This document shows, piece by piece, positions 61,450 to 64,000 of a DNA stretch of 64,000 bases. The notes below the pieces were generated by a model. It ran no database searches. It was given only the letters and a program-made list of their open reading frames with translations, and was not told the DNA's origin. Position 1 is the stretch's first letter; each line of letters starts with the position of its first letter. A program made the position numbers and the translations under genes. The DNA lies in assembly GCF_018977255.1 (NCBI RefSeq), contig NW_024704742.1:138758001-138822000 (forward strand), read 5' to 3'. The DNA comes from Callorhinchus milii (lineage: Eukaryota).

Positions 61450-64000
61450 CATAAGAACATAAGAATTAGGAGCAGGAGTAGGCCATTCGGCCCTTCGTGC
61501 CTGCTCCGCCATTCAATAAGATCATGGCTGATCTTCTCACCTAACTCTGATTACCCGCCCTATCCCCATATCCCCTAATCCCTCTATTTTTCAAGAATCT
61601 ATCAGTCTCAGCCTTGAAAATGTTCAAGGACTGACATCTACAGCCTTCTGGGGGAGTGAATTCCATAAGTTCACTACCCTCTGAGTGAAGAAATGTTTCC
61701 TCAACTCTGTTCTAAAAGGCTGACCCTTAATTTTCAGACTGTGACTCCTGGTTATAGATTCTCCTCCCGGGGAAACAGACCCTCTGTGTCTACTTTATCA
61801 GCCCTTTAAGAATCTTATAAGTTTCAATAAGATCTCCCCTAATTCTTCTGTACTCCAGAGAATACAGTCCTAGTTTATTCAGCCTCTCCTCATAGGTCAT
61901 TCCCCTCATCCCAGGAACTAACCGAGTGAATCTACACTGCACCCCTTCGAGAGCAAGTATGTCCTTTTTTCAATAAAGAGACTAAAACTGCACACAATAC
62001 TCTCGGTGCGGTCTCACCAAAGCCCTATACAGTTGCAGCGAGACTTCCCTACTCTTGTACTCTAAACCTTTCGAAATGAACGCTAACTGCCGTTCGCCTT
62101 CTTAGTTGCTGCTGCACTGCAAACTAACTTTTTGGGACTGGTGTACAAGACACCCAAATCCCTTTGAATACTAACATTATTCGGCGTTTTGTTCGACCCT
62201 GAGCTGTCCTTTCTCCCTCACATCCGCACCACAACTGGCACCGCCTTCCATCACCTCCGGAACATCGCCAGACTACGGCACTACCTCACCCCTCACTCGG
62301 CTGAAACTCTGGTCCACGCCTTTGTCACCTCAAGGCCGGACTATGGGAACTCTCTCCTCGCCGGCCTTCCCGGCCCTCCCTCCACACTGCAGGTCATTCA
62401 GAACTCTGCAGCTCGTGTACTGTCCCGCACCAGACACCGCGCCCACATCACTCCCACCCTCGCTCGCCTCCACTGGCTCCCCATCCCCCAGAGGATTGAT
62501 TTCAAGATCCTCATCCTCACCTACAAGGCCATTCACGGCCTTGCTCCCTCCTACCTCTCCAACCTACTATCCCCCTACCTACCTGCCCGTACCCTCCGTT
62601 CCTCTGGCTCCGGTCTGTTCCACGTCCCCCGCCCCAATCACCCTACCATTGGTGGTCGGGCTTTCAGCCTCTCAGCCCCTAGGCTCTGGAACTCTATCCC
62701 CCAGTGCCTTCGCCGCTTCCTCCCTCTCCTCCTTCAAGGCCGGTCTCAAAACCTTTCTCTTTGACCAAGCCTTCAGCTCCCCTCTCGACTCTCTTCCCCC
62801 TCCTCGCTCCCTCCCTTCCCTCACCCTGACCATTTCCCCCCTCCTCGCTCCCTCCCTTCCCTCCCCTCACCCTGACCATTTCCCCCCTCCTCGCTCCCTC
62901 CCTTCCCTCCCCTCACCCTGACCATTTCCCCCCTGCTCGGGTCATGACCCAACTGTGCAGCGCCTTGGGATGTCCTCCTGACGTGAAAGGCGCTTTATAA
63001 ATGGAATCTTGTTGTTGTTGTTGTTGTATTATCTAACGTCTCCCCTTCCAGAAAATAATCTGTTCTTTTATTCTTGCTACCGAGGTGAATAATTTCACAC
63101 TTGCTAACATTGAATTCCATCTGCCACCTACTTGCCCACTCCCCGAGCCTATCTATATTCCGTTGCAATCTTTTTGCATCATCCTGAGAGCTCACTCTGC
63201 TCCCTAGTTTAGTATCATCCGCGAATTTAGACACATTACATTCAATGTCCTCGTCCAGATCATTGATGTAAATGGTAAATAGCTGAGGCCCAAGCACTGA
63301 TCCTTGTGGCACTCCACTAGTTACATCCTGCCAATTCGAGAATGATCCGTTTATCACTACTCTCTGCTTTCTACCCGATAGCCACTCTTCTATCCATGTT
63401 AATATTTTCCCATTAATCCCGTGGGCCTTGATCTTGAGTAACAGCCTTTTGTGTGGCACCTTGTCAAATGCCTTCCTAAAATCCAAATATACCACATCTA
63501 CTGGTTCCCCCTTATCCAACCTGCTGGATACATCCTCAAAAAATTCTAAAAGGTTAGTCAAGCATGACTTCCCTTTTGTAAAGCCATGTTGACTCTGCCT
63601 AATCTTTTTATGGTCTTCCAGGTATCCCATAACTACGTCTTTTATTAAGGACTCAAGAATTTTCCCTACAACTGACGTCAAACTAACTGGTCTATAGTTT
63701 TCCCTATTTTTTCTCCTGCACTTTTTAAATAGTGGAGTTACGTTTGCAATCTTCCAATCAATGGGAACTTTTCCAGTATCCACAGACTTTTGGAAGATTA
63801 TAGACATGCCATCCACTATCTCAGTAGCCACCTCCTTTAAAACTCTCGGATGCAGGCCATCCGGTCCAGGGGATTTATCGGTTTTAAGACCCGACAATTT
63901 ACCTAGAACCATCTCTTTACTAATGTTAATCTCCCTAAGTTGCTCGCTAACATTGTCTTCTTGGTCCTCTATTTTTGGTATGTTTCCAGTGTCTTCTACG
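61450..64000 (-). mobile_element. Young CR1 (RT to 3' tail), running off the window end
   Basis: Uninterrupted ~295 aa RT stretch [19 protein letters not shown]; tail complement cataagaacataagaa. Confidence 0.95.
62181..63027 (+). mobile_element. 5'-truncated young L2 inserted in the CR1
   Basis: attat duplicated at both ends; FDPELSFLPHIR..LARLHWLPIPQRIDFKIL; ~3 copies of the 3' UTR minisatellite. Confidence 0.95.

Overview
Repeat-dense vertebrate genomic DNA. The LINE/SINE repertoire (CR1 with esterase ORF1, L2, tRNA-Ala/Deu-domain SINEs with L2 tails) points to a cartilaginous fish, possibly a holocephalan; this is inferred, not proven. Most of the window is nested, decayed CR1 and L2 LINEs, about 25 SINE copies or fragments, one internally deleted Gypsy LTR element, and minisatellites grown out of LINE 3' UTRs. 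Almost all short ORFs in the track are pieces of these repeats. Among the repeats is an apparent + strand multi-exon gene (~25.2-58.5 kb) that I do not recognise. It has a TATA box, a signal-peptide exon (MEFTFFLFLTLIFQVQPPIA), candidate micro-exons, and a ~4.1 kb exon encoding >1200 aa of Gly/Pro-rich pentapeptide repeats (G-V-K-I-P type, then FPG-rich). An in-frame TAG interrupts a frame that stays open for 132 more codons to a splice donor. It looks like a secreted structural or elastomeric protein. Two possible terminal exons of another unidentified gene lie at 0.9-2.9 kb. Repeat boundaries are approximate and exon joins are inferred from splice motifs and phase only.
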